DNA of 64,000 bases from Nevskia sp. (GTDB lineage: Bacteria; Pseudomonadota; Gammaproteobacteria; Nevskiales; Nevskiaceae). Positions 1 to 9,125 of the stretch are shown piece by piece. The stretch covers positions 1,901 through 65,900 of the forward strand of contig JAUXYM010000083.1 in assembly GCA_030694365.1 (NCBI GenBank), given 5' to 3'. Position 1 is the first letter of the stretch, and each line of letters opens with the position of its first letter. Both the position numbers and the translations under genes were made by a program. The notes under the pieces were generated by a model. That model ran no database searches, was not told the origin of the DNA, and saw only the letters and a list, made by a program, of their open reading frames with translations.

Positions 1-144
1 CCGCAGCTCATCATCGCCAACGAAATGCGCCCATTCCAGGCTGATGCCGCGCGTGTTCAGCAGTTCGATCACTTGCGGCAAATGCTTGTCCGGCCGCTTG
101 CCGGACAGTAGTTCGTCACCGACGATCAGAAGACCTACTGCCAT
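1..144 (-). CDS. CinA-like molybdopterin-binding protein, N-terminal part (runs off window start)
   Basis: Manual translation MAVGLLIVGDELLSGKRPDKHLPQVIELLNTRGISLEWAHFVGDD has the CinA/MoCF GDELLSG and VGDD motifs; GGAGGA RBS upstream. Confidence 0.85.
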   Translation of the reverse strand, partial: MAVGLLIVGDELLSGKRPDKHLPQVIELLNTRGISLEWAHFVGDDELR

Positions 145-175
145 CTCGATTCCTCCGTATGTCTGAGTTCCACGC

Positions 176-559
176 TCACGGCTGCACGCGTGGCGGGTCG
201 CAGACCAGCAAGGCTTGCAGCGCCAGGCCGACACCGGCCTGATCGCTCGCCGTCAGCCGGCCGGCACGGCGCAGGATCAGCCGGTGATCCAAGGTGAACA
301 GCTTCATGCGGGCCACCGAGGGTGCCGGCAGGCCCGCAGCGGCAAGATTGGCGATCGGCGTATCGAGCGGCCAGGCATCGCGACCTTCCTTGCTGCTGGT
401 GATCATCGCCAGCACCGAATGGCCGATTTCGGCGTTGAAGCTGGCTTTCGATGACAGCACCAACGCTGGACGGCGCTTGGCGGTGTCGCGATCGGTGAAC
501 GGAAACGGCACGACGACGACATCGTAGGCGTCAAGCTGTTCGAGTTCTTCAGAGGTCAC
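176..559 (-). CDS. PemK/MazF family type II toxin
   Basis: VVVVPFPFTD...KRRPALVLS motif; overlaps the upstream AbrB-type gene. Confidence 0.9.
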   Translation of the reverse strand: MTSEELEQLDAYDVVVVPFPFTDRDTAKRRPALVLSSKASFNAEIGHSVLAMITSSKEGRDAWPLDTPIANLAAAGLPAPSVARMKLFTLDHRLILRRAGRLTASDQAGVGLALQALLVCDPPRVQP

Positions 560-785
560 GATAGGCCGCCTCGTCGTCCTCGGACGACCACTCGGACGCC
601 AGCGTGCCGTTCAGCGCGCGGGCGTACTCGGCATCGAACGGCTGCTGTTTGCGCAGGTAGACGACACCGCGTTCGTTGATCTCGAAACGCACGACATCAC
701 CGGATTTCAAGCCCAGTACCTCCCGTACCGGCTGCGGAATCGTCGCTTGGTACTTGCTCGTCAAGCGGCTGGCAATATCGCTCAT
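549..785 (-). CDS. AbrB/MazE/SpoVT family antitoxin
   Basis: SRLTSKYQATIPQPVREVLGLKSGD swapped-hairpin signature; acidic C-terminus EWSSEDDEAAYRDL. Confidence 0.9.
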   Translation of the reverse strand: MSDIASRLTSKYQATIPQPVREVLGLKSGDVVRFEINERGVVYLRKQQPFDAEYARALNGTLASEWSSEDDEAAYRDL

Positions 786-798
786 CGGTCATCCATCA

Positions 799-813
799 GT
801 AATGGCGTATTAC
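799..813. promoter_or_regulatory. Putative TA autoregulatory operator
   Basis: GTAAT-N5-ATTAC palindrome just upstream of the antitoxin start. Confidence 0.4.
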
Positions 814-913
814 CAAATTACCGCCATCACCCATTGGCAGTCAACTCCCGCTGTCGCGATGGCCGGCATCGTTCAGCCAGGAAAAAGGCGGTTCCCGTTG
901 CATGCGACGCAAT

Positions 914-942
914 AAAAAACGCCCGCGCAAGGCGGGCGTTTT
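914..942 (-). terminator. Intrinsic terminator of grxD
   Basis: AAAACGCCCGC-loop-GCGGGCGTTTT hairpin with A/T tracts. Confidence 0.8.
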
Positions 943-961
943 GGATCCGGCCGTTCAGCGA

Positions 962-1282
962 TCAGGCGGCGACGGTCGCTTCCTTGAGCATCTTCTGCAG
1001 CTCGCCGGACTGGAACAGGTCGAGCGTGATGTCGCAGCCGCCGACCAGTTCGCCCTTCACGTAGAGCTGCGGAAAGGTCGGCCAGTTGGCGAACTTCGGC
1101 AGCGCGCGGTAGACCTCTTCGTCTTCATAGATGTTGACGTAGGCGTATTCGGCACCACAGGTATTCAAAGCCTTGATGACCCGCGAGGAAAATCCGCACT
1201 GCGGAAAATCGGGCGTGCCTTTCATGTAGACGATGATCGGGTTCTGGGTAACCTGCTGCTTGATTCTTTCGAGTGCGTCCAT
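962..1282 (-). CDS. grxD: Monothiol glutaredoxin Grx4
   Basis: MKGTP..PQCGFS, WPTFPQLY, GGCDI motifs. Confidence 0.97.
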   Translation of the reverse strand: MDALERIKQQVTQNPIIVYMKGTPDFPQCGFSSRVIKALNTCGAEYAYVNIYEDEEVYRALPKFANWPTFPQLYVKGELVGGCDITLDLFQSGELQKMLKEATVAA

Positions 1283-1487
1283 GGTCCTGTTTCCGTGTTG
1301 ACTGTGGCGGCGGATGACCGGATTTTAACACCCGGACGGATCAGCTACATTGAAGCTGTCCTTCGGGCACATCGGCAATGCTAAAATCGCGCCATCGGTG
1401 GGGTCGCAGTCGATGCCAGTCCGGCACACAACTCATCGGACGCTGAACCCCCTCGGAACCGTCAACCCGCCTTCACGAGTAATTTCC

Positions 1488-2063
1488 ATGACCTTTGCCC
1501 TGCCGGAACTGCCCTACGCCCGCGAAGCACTCGAGCCGCACATGTCTCGCGAGACCTTCGAATACCACTACGGCAAGCATCACAAGGCCTATGTCGACAT
1601 GGCCAACAAGCTGATCGTCGGCACCGAATTCGAGAACGCGTCGATTGAAGACGTGATCAAGAAATCGTCCGGCAAGCTGTTCAATAATGTCGCCCAGATC
1701 TGGAACCACACGTTCTTCTGGCACTGTCTGACGCCGACCCAGGCCGCTCCCGGCAAGAAGCTGACCGATGCCCTGGTCAAGACTTTCGGCGGCATCGAAG
1801 ACTTCAAGAAGCAGTTCACCGAAGCCGCGATCGGCACTTTCGGTTCGGGCTGGGCCTGGCTGGTCAAGAAGTCCGACGGCACGCTGGCGATCGTTTCGAC
1901 CACCGGTGCCGGCAACCCGATGACCGCTGGCGACCTGCCGCTGCTGACTTGCGACGTCTGGGAACACGCTTATTACATCGACTACCGCAACGCCCGTCCG
2001 AGCTACCTGGAGCACTTCTGGTCGCTGGTGAACTGGGAATTTGTCGAGAAGAACCTGAACTGA
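1488..2063 (+). CDS. sodB: Fe/Mn superoxide dismutase (Fe type)
   Basis: MTFALPELPY, YHYGKHH, AQIWNHTFFW, DVWEHAYY; start trimmed to ATG 1488. Confidence 0.95.
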   Translation: MTFALPELPYAREALEPHMSRETFEYHYGKHHKAYVDMANKLIVGTEFENASIEDVIKKSSGKLFNNVAQIWNHTFFWHCLTPTQAAPGKKLTDALVKTFGGIEDFKKQFTEAAIGTFGSGWAWLVKKSDGTLAIVSTTGAGNPMTAGDLPLLTCDVWEHAYYIDYRNARPSYLEHFWSLVNWEFVEKNLN

Positions 2064-2125
2064 TCACGGCTTGATCGGCTGCCCTCGTCCCGATGGACGG
2101 GGGCAGCCCGGTTCATTTATGGTTG

Positions 2126-2152
2126 AAAGGGTCGCGTCTCGCGACCCTTTTT
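2126..2152 (+). terminator. Intrinsic terminator after sodB
   Basis: AAAGGGTCGCG-tct-CGCGACCCTTT followed by T run. Confidence 0.75.
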
Positions 2153-2236
2153 GTTTCTGGCCTCGGCCTCCCCTTCAGACCCTTGCATGACCCGCTGCCC
2201 GCCGTGACCCGGGCCGCGCTCCACCGGATTTCGAGA

Positions 2237-3133
2237 ATGACCCGTCACCTGCTCAAGCTCAGCGACTTCAGCGCCGACGAACTGCGCGCCATCGTGCTGC
2301 GCGCCATCGAGATGAAGAAGTCCGGCCCGACCCGAAACGGCGTGCTGGCAGGCAAGACGCTGGCGATGATCTTCACCAAGAACTCGACCCGGACCCGGGT
2401 CAGCTTCGAAGCTGGCATGGCCAAGTTCGGTGGCCATGCGCTGTTCCTGCACTCCAACGCCACCCAGCTCGGCCGCGACGAGCCGATCGAGGACACCGCG
2501 AAAGTGCTGTCGCGGATGTGCGACGCGATCATGATCCGCAACGATTCCCAGGCCGATCAGGAAGCGCTGGCTTCGGCGTCACGGGTGCCGGTGATCAACG
2601 GCTTGTCGGACCTGCATCACCCCTGCCAGTTGCTGGCCGACATGCAGACCTGGTTCGAGCATCGCGGCGATCCCAAGGCCAAGGTTGCCGCCTGGATCGG
2701 CGACGGCAACAACGTCTGCCATTCTTGGATCGAAGCCGCGGTGCTGTTCGGCTTCCAGCTGCGCATCGCCAGCCCCAAGGGTTTCGAGCCGGCGGCCGAT
2801 ATCGTTGCGGCGGCGGGCAGCCACGTCGAACTGCTGCGCGGTGCCAGCTTCGCCGCCAATGGCGCGGACGTTCTGGTCACCGACACCTGGACCAGCATGG
2901 GTCAGGAAGCCGAACAGCAGCGTCGGGTCACCGCCTTCGCCGATTACCAGATCGATGCTGCGCTGATGGCGAGAGCCGGTCGCGACGCGATCTTCATGCA
3001 CTGCCTGCCGGCGCATCGCGGCCAGGAAGTATCGGCCGAGGTCATCGACGGGCCGCAAAGCGTGGTCTGGGACGAAGCCGAAAACCGCCTATGGGCGCAG
3101 ATGGCGCTGCTCGAACATCTGCTTTCGCAGTGA
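2237..3133 (+). CDS. argF: Ornithine carbamoyltransferase
   Basis: STRTRVSFE, HPCQ, HCLP, DEAENRL motifs; start trimmed to ATG 2237. Confidence 0.95.
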   Translation: MTRHLLKLSDFSADELRAIVLRAIEMKKSGPTRNGVLAGKTLAMIFTKNSTRTRVSFEAGMAKFGGHALFLHSNATQLGRDEPIEDTAKVLSRMCDAIMIRNDSQADQEALASASRVPVINGLSDLHHPCQLLADMQTWFEHRGDPKAKVAAWIGDGNNVCHSWIEAAVLFGFQLRIASPKGFEPAADIVAAAGSHVELLRGASFAANGADVLVTDTWTSMGQEAEQQRRVTAFADYQIDAALMARAGRDAIFMHCLPAHRGQEVSAEVIDGPQSVVWDEAENRLWAQMALLEHLLSQ

Positions 3134-3141
3134 GTCTTCAG

Positions 3142-3996
3142 ATGAAGCTGCCGGCTTACGTCAATGATCTCGACGCCGTCGTCGCCCAGGCCATTGCCGA
3201 AGATCTGGGCTGCGGCGATCACACAGCGCGTCTCGTGCCGGCCGATCAGCAAGCCTGCGCGCGGGTGATTTCCCGCGAAGCCGCGGTGATCTGCGGCCGC
3301 GCATGGGTCGATGCGGTGTTCGCGCAGATCGATGCTGAAGTGCAACTCGAATGGCTGGTCGATGATGGCCAGCAGGTAGCCGCCGATCAGCTGCTTTATC
3401 GCCTGCAGGGCTCGGCACGCAGCCTGCTGACCGGCGAACGCACGGCGCTGAATTTCCTGCAGTCGCTGTCCGGCACCGCGACTGCGGTGCGCGAGTACGT
3501 CGACGCCGTGGCCGGCACCGGTACGGCGATCGTCGATACCCGCAAGACCCTGCCCGGCCTGCGCAATGCCCAGAAGTACGCGGTGCTCTGCGGCGGAGGC
3601 GTCAACCATCGCATCGGCCTGTACGACGGCATCCTGATCAAGGAAAACCACATCGCTGCCGCCGGCGGCATTGCCGAAGCGATCGCCGCTGCGCGAGCAC
3701 TCGGTGCCGGCGTGCCGCTGATGACCGAAGCGGAAACGCTGGACGAAGCGCGCATTGCCCTGGATCAGGATGTCGACCTGCTGCTGGTCGACGATTTCGC
3801 CGACGCCGAACTGCGCGCCGCCGTGCGTCTGACCCGCGCTCATCGCGCTGCCGGTGGCCGCACGCTGATCGAATATTCCGGCGGCGCTACGCTCGCCAAC
3901 ATCCGCGCGATGGCCGAAACCGGCGTCGACCGCATCTCGATCGGCGCGATCACCAAGCACGTCCGCGCTGTCGATCTGTCGATGCGCTTCACCTGA
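3142..3996 (+). CDS. nadC: Nicotinate-nucleotide diphosphorylase (carboxylating)
   Basis: TGERTALNFLQ, DTRKTLPGLR, NHRIGLYD, IKENH; start at ATG 3142 inside the longer ORF. Confidence 0.95.
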   Translation: MKLPAYVNDLDAVVAQAIAEDLGCGDHTARLVPADQQACARVISREAAVICGRAWVDAVFAQIDAEVQLEWLVDDGQQVAADQLLYRLQGSARSLLTGERTALNFLQSLSGTATAVREYVDAVAGTGTAIVDTRKTLPGLRNAQKYAVLCGGGVNHRIGLYDGILIKENHIAAAGGIAEAIAAARALGAGVPLMTEAETLDEARIALDQDVDLLLVDDFADAELRAAVRLTRAHRAAGGRTLIEYSGGATLANIRAMAETGVDRISIGAITKHVRAVDLSMRFT

Positions 3997-4029
3997 CGAG
4001 GCTCGGCAGGCAAAGCGCACCATGCCTGG

Positions 4030-4947
4030 ATGACGACCTTCCGAGTCGTCGGCAACACCATGTCGGGAGATGTTCCGGTGACTGCTTACCTGCAACTGCT
4101 GAAGCGCGTGCCCCTGTTCCAGGGCTTTTCCGACAGCGATCTCGGCGAACTGGAACAGCTGCTGCGGCCGCGCAAGGTCGCGCCCGGCAGTCTGCTGTTC
4201 TCGAAGGGCGAGCACGGCGGTTCGATGTTCATCGTGGTCAGCGGCAAGGTGCGCGTGCTGCTGCCAGCCACGCGGCCGGGTGCCGCGCCGGTGGTGCTGC
4301 AGGAACTTGGCGACGGCGAGTTCTTCGGCGAGATGGCCCTGATCGACAACCAGCCGCGCAGCGCCAGCGTCGACGTGCCCCACGGCGCCGAGCTGGCCGA
4401 ACTGACGCGGGAAAGCTTCGTTGCCCAGCTCGACCGTTCGCCGCGCATCGGCATCTCGATGCTGGCGGTGATGTCACGGCGGCTGCGCAGCGCCGCCGAG
4501 TTGCTCGGCACCCCGGCGTCCCGCGACATCAACCGGGAATCCGACGAGCAGCAGACCTGGTCGCAGAAGCTGGCCGACCGGGTGGCGCAATGGAATGGCA
4601 GCTGGTCGTTCCTGATCCTGCTGATCATGGCGACTGCCGTCTGGACCGGCATCAACGCCGTGCCCGGTCTGCAGTTCGATCCCTATCCGTACCAGTTCTT
4701 CAACTTCTTTCTGGCCTTTCTGGTCGCCGTGCAAGGCCCGCTGCTGATGATGAGCCAGAACCGGCAGGTGCTGAAGGAACGGCTGCACGCGGAGGCCGAC
4801 TACCGGGTCAATCTTAAGAACGAAACCGGCATCGGCCAGGTGCTGCTGGAATTGGCCGAACTGCGCCGCCAGTTGGCCGAGGTCGGTCAGAAAACCTGCG
4901 CCAAGCCGGCGGCACCGAACGACGCCACCGACTCGGGATATCTCTGA
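4030..4947 (+). CDS. Cyclic-nucleotide-binding domain fused to DUF1003 membrane domain
   Basis: FFGEMALIDNQPRSASV cNMP pocket; LADRVA..GSW, FDPYPY, MMSQNRQ DUF1003 motifs; start may be 4060. Confidence 0.85.
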   Translation: MTTFRVVGNTMSGDVPVTAYLQLLKRVPLFQGFSDSDLGELEQLLRPRKVAPGSLLFSKGEHGGSMFIVVSGKVRVLLPATRPGAAPVVLQELGDGEFFGEMALIDNQPRSASVDVPHGAELAELTRESFVAQLDRSPRIGISMLAVMSRRLRSAAELLGTPASRDINRESDEQQTWSQKLADRVAQWNGSWSFLILLIMATAVWTGINAVPGLQFDPYPYQFFNFFLAFLVAVQGPLLMMSQNRQVLKERLHAEADYRVNLKNETGIGQVLLELAELRRQLAEVGQKTCAKPAAPNDATDSGYL

Positions 4948-4957
4948 TTCAGCTCGC

Positions 4958-6826
4958 TCAGCGCCCGCCGAGCGCCGGCGTGCAGAAGCAGTAGGCGTAG
5001 ACCCGCTGCGGATCGTCGAGACGGCGCACGGCATCGCCGATCGCCCGCGCCGGGGCTGCCAGGACGCCGCCCGGAAGCTGGTTCAACAGCGCGCCATAAA
5101 TGTTCCCTTGGCCGCTCATGCCCTGCCCCTTGCCGAACAGATCGCCGAGCAGTTGCTTGAACAGATCGCGATCCGGCTGCATCTCGTTGAGCTGATAGCG
5201 ACCGGGGGCGAGCTTGGCGAGTTGCGCCAGCGCCGTTTCGGCATCCTGGAAACTGCCGAGTGAATCGACCAGCCCGAGTTCTTTCGCCGCCTTGCCGCTC
5301 CAGACCCGGCCGCGGGCGATGGTATCGACCTGCTCGACCGGAATCTCGCGGCCCTTGGCAACACCTTCGATGAAGTTGCGATAGCCCTTTTCGATCTGCA
5401 GCTGGAACAGCGTCTTGACGCTGTCGGCCAGCGGCCGGTCGACCCGGAAGGCGCCGGCCAGCGGCGTGGTGCCAACGCCGTCGGTGTGGATGCCGAGCTT
5501 GTTCAGCGGCTCGTTGATGGTCGGGATCATGCCGAAGATGCCGATCGAGCCAGTGATCGTGGTCGGTTCGGCCCAGATCTGATCGGCGTCCATCGAAATC
5601 CAGTAGCCGCCGCTCGCCGCCAGGGTCGACATCGACGCGACCACCGGCTTGCCTTCAGCCTGCAACGCCAGCACGCCACGACGAATCTTTTCCGAGGCAA
5701 ACACGCTGCCACCCGGCGAGTTGACCCGCAGCAGCACGGCCTTGACCTTGTCGTCACGACGAGCGCGATCGAGCAGATCGGCGATGGTATCGCCGCCGGC
5801 GTTGTTGTCCTCGCTGTCACCGTCGACGATCTCGCCCTGGACGATCACCACCGCCATCTTGTCGGCCTGGCGCTTGGATTTTTCGGCGCGGATGGCGGCC
5901 AGGTAGCTGCCGGCATCGATCTGACGGAACGAGCCGTGCTCGTCATCCTCGCCGACTCGTTCGATCATCCGCTTGCGGAAGTCCGCCTGCGTCTCGATCT
6001 GGGTCACCAGGCCTGCTTCCAGCGCATAAGCGGCGAGATCGCCCTTGTGCTTCTCCAGCCCCGCCGACAGGCCGGCAATGTAGCGATCGGCGGCATCCGG
6101 GGTCAGCTTGCGCGCCTCGCCGAGGGTGGTGCCGTACAGGCTCCAGAGATCGCCGAGCCAGGCCTGGTTGGCGGTGCGGGCCTCGGGCGACATGTCGTTG
6201 CGCTCGTAAGGCTCGACGGCGGACTTGAATTCGCCGACGCGGAAGATGTTGATCTGCACGCCAAGCTTGTCGAGCGCGTCCTTGAAGTAGTTGGTGTAAA
6301 CGGAAAAGCCTTCGAGCAGCACCGAACCGAGCGGATCGATCGAGATTTCATCGGCCTGCGCCGCCAGGTAGTACTGCTTCTGGTCGTAGGAATCGCCATA
6401 GGCGTAAACCGGCTTGCCGGCCGCGCGGAACTTGCGCAGGGCGACAGCGATTTCCTCGAGCTGCGGAAGACCGGCACCGGCCATGTCGTCGAGCTTGACG
6501 ACGATCGACGGAATGCGCGCGTCGCTGGCCGCGGCATCGATGGCGTCGACCACTTCGCGCAACGACGTCTGATCCGGTTTGTTGTCGCTGAAGCGCTGCA
6601 GCAAGGCACGGCTGCGGTCGTTAGGAATCTGTTCGCTGAGATCGCCGAACGGGATCACCGTCATCGCGATGTTGTCCTCGATCACTGGCGTCTGGTCGCG
6701 GCTGCCGGCCCAGATGCCGAAACCGAGGACCACCAGCGACAGCACGACGAGGGCGCGGAAGCAGAACACGATCAGCGTCCAGATCCAGCTGAACAGACGC
6801 ACTATCAGGGGGCGCGGCTCACTCAT
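4958..6826 (-). CDS. sppA: Signal peptide peptidase SppA, 67 kDa type
   Basis: VGEFKSAVEP, RVNSPGGS, AASGGYW, TGSIGIFG, GRVWSG; start trimmed to MSEPRP. Confidence 0.95.
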   Translation of the reverse strand: MSEPRPLIVRLFSWIWTLIVFCFRALVVLSLVVLGFGIWAGSRDQTPVIEDNIAMTVIPFGDLSEQIPNDRSRALLQRFSDNKPDQTSLREVVDAIDAAASDARIPSIVVKLDDMAGAGLPQLEEIAVALRKFRAAGKPVYAYGDSYDQKQYYLAAQADEISIDPLGSVLLEGFSVYTNYFKDALDKLGVQINIFRVGEFKSAVEPYERNDMSPEARTANQAWLGDLWSLYGTTLGEARKLTPDAADRYIAGLSAGLEKHKGDLAAYALEAGLVTQIETQADFRKRMIERVGEDDEHGSFRQIDAGSYLAAIRAEKSKRQADKMAVVIVQGEIVDGDSEDNNAGGDTIADLLDRARRDDKVKAVLLRVNSPGGSVFASEKIRRGVLALQAEGKPVVASMSTLAASGGYWISMDADQIWAEPTTITGSIGIFGMIPTINEPLNKLGIHTDGVGTTPLAGAFRVDRPLADSVKTLFQLQIEKGYRNFIEGVAKGREIPVEQVDTIARGRVWSGKAAKELGLVDSLGSFQDAETALAQLAKLAPGRYQLNEMQPDRDLFKQLLGDLFGKGQGMSGQGNIYGALLNQLPGGVLAAPARAIGDAVRRLDDPQRVYAYCFCTPALGGR

Positions 6827-7060
6827 GAGGGGGAAATCCGAGGCTATGGGAAGGGGTTGGGACTGGGAAAAGTATCGCACGGGGCTTGCCAGTACGCGGC
6901 CGGGTGGGCGTTTCGCCACGGGGCTTTGAAGCGGCGAATGCGTCCCCAACATCCGCTCGATACCACCGATGGTGCACTGCCGCACCGCTGCCCACTGCGG
7001 GGCCTTATGCTTCGCGCCTGCCCCGCTAGGCAATACCGGTCTTTCTCAATTCGTTACTGA

Positions 7061-8020
<960 letters not shown>

Positions 8021-8043
8021 AGCATCGTCGGCAGTCACTGCAG

Positions 8044-8080
8044 AACCCTCGCTCGATCAATGTCGACGCGAGGGTTTTTT
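8044..8080 (+). terminator. Intrinsic terminator after trxB
   Basis: AACCCTCGC...GCGAGGGTT stem followed by T run. Confidence 0.65.
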
Positions 8081-8109
8081 ATTGGCTGTGCGACTGGCAC
8101 AGTGCGGCC

Positions 8110-8571
8110 ATGCCGCTGCCTCGTCTCGTCGTTCCTGTCCTGCTGATGCTGGCGCTCCTGCTCGGCGGCTGTGCGAGCCGCCCGACGCCGGATCATCTCG
8201 AACTGCGCCAGCACATCGTCGAGACCGCGCTCGGCCAGCTTGGCCGGCCGTATCGTTACGGCGGCCGAGACCCGGACGGCTTCGATTGCAGCGGCCTGGT
8301 GCAGTTCGCGTACAGCGAAGCCGGGGTGATCGTGCCGCGCGATACCCGTTCGCAACGCGAAGCCGGCAAGACCTTGTCACTGAGCCAGGCGCAGCCCGGC
8401 GATCTGCTGTTCTACCGTTTCGAGTACGGCGGCGGCCTGCATGTCGGCCTGTATCTGGGCGATGGCCGGATGATTCACGCGCCGGCCTCGGGCCGGCAGG
8501 TCAGCCTGGTGGAAGTCGCCTCGCCGATCTGGAAGAAGCGCTATCTGGAAACCATTCGGCTGCTGCCGTAA
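8110..8571 (+). CDS. NlpC/P60 (C40 peptidase) lipoprotein
   Basis: Lipobox LGGC; PYRYGG, GFDCSGLV, HVGLY, MIHA. Confidence 0.93.
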   Translation: MPLPRLVVPVLLMLALLLGGCASRPTPDHLELRQHIVETALGQLGRPYRYGGRDPDGFDCSGLVQFAYSEAGVIVPRDTRSQREAGKTLSLSQAQPGDLLFYRFEYGGGLHVGLYLGDGRMIHAPASGRQVSLVEVASPIWKKRYLETIRLLP

Positions 8572-8593
8572 GCCCAGCCGTGTGCTGGCCGGC

Positions 8594-8986
8594 TCAGCGA
8601 CAGGATTCCGCCTTGGTCAGCACATCCATCGACACCTTCTGCCCACCATGCAGGCCGCCATGCAGCACCACGTGACGGCAAGCCCCGCTGACGGTGCAGA
8701 TATCGCCGCAGGCGCCGTAATGGCGCTTGCTGTCCGGTGGTGTTGCGGCCGGCATCGAACGGATCAGTGAATCCAGCGTCCGCGCGATGTCGGCGTGAGG
8801 ACTCATCAGATGGCCCTGCAGCAGCAGCGCCATCATCGAAGCGGTCAACAGCAGCACCAACGGCGTCAACACCGACGCGCCGATCATCGACGCGGCAGCA
8901 AGCCGCCGGGGGCCGGACCGGCGGGGCCGCAAGTCGCCTCCGTCCACTGACGGCGCATCGCATCGCCGTCGTTGCCATCCCTGCAC
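8594..8986 (-). CDS. Hypothetical protein, one hydrophobic segment and a Cys-containing C-terminus
   Basis: Fills the gap between nlpC and the htpG terminator; GAGGA upstream of start; no recognised family. Confidence 0.4.
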   Translation of the reverse strand: MQGWQRRRCDAPSVDGGDLRPRRSGPRRLAAASMIGASVLTPLVLLLTASMMALLLQGHLMSPHADIARTLDSLIRSMPAATPPDSKRHYGACGDICTVSGACRHVVLHGGLHGGQKVSMDVLTKAESCR

Positions 8987-9058
8987 GTCAATTCCTCGCC
9001 ATTTCTGGACGAGTCGCTACAACTTCCGTTCCTGGCTGCAAACGAGGTGCCGGCCACG

Positions 9059-9090
9059 AAAAACGGCGCGACAAATCATTGTCGCGCCGT
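9059..9090 (-). terminator. Intrinsic terminator of htpG
   Basis: ACGGCGCGACAA-loop-TTGTCGCGCCGT hairpin with T tract on minus strand. Confidence 0.8.
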
Positions 9091-9125
9091 CGGCTCAGGC
9101 GGGAATCCGGCGAAGCTTTTGAAGC

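Noticed and set aside
6926-6949. TTGAAG-N12-CCCCAA sigma-32-like motif upstream of trxB
   Set aside because: Spacer one base short and both boxes imperfect; not supportable without TSS data
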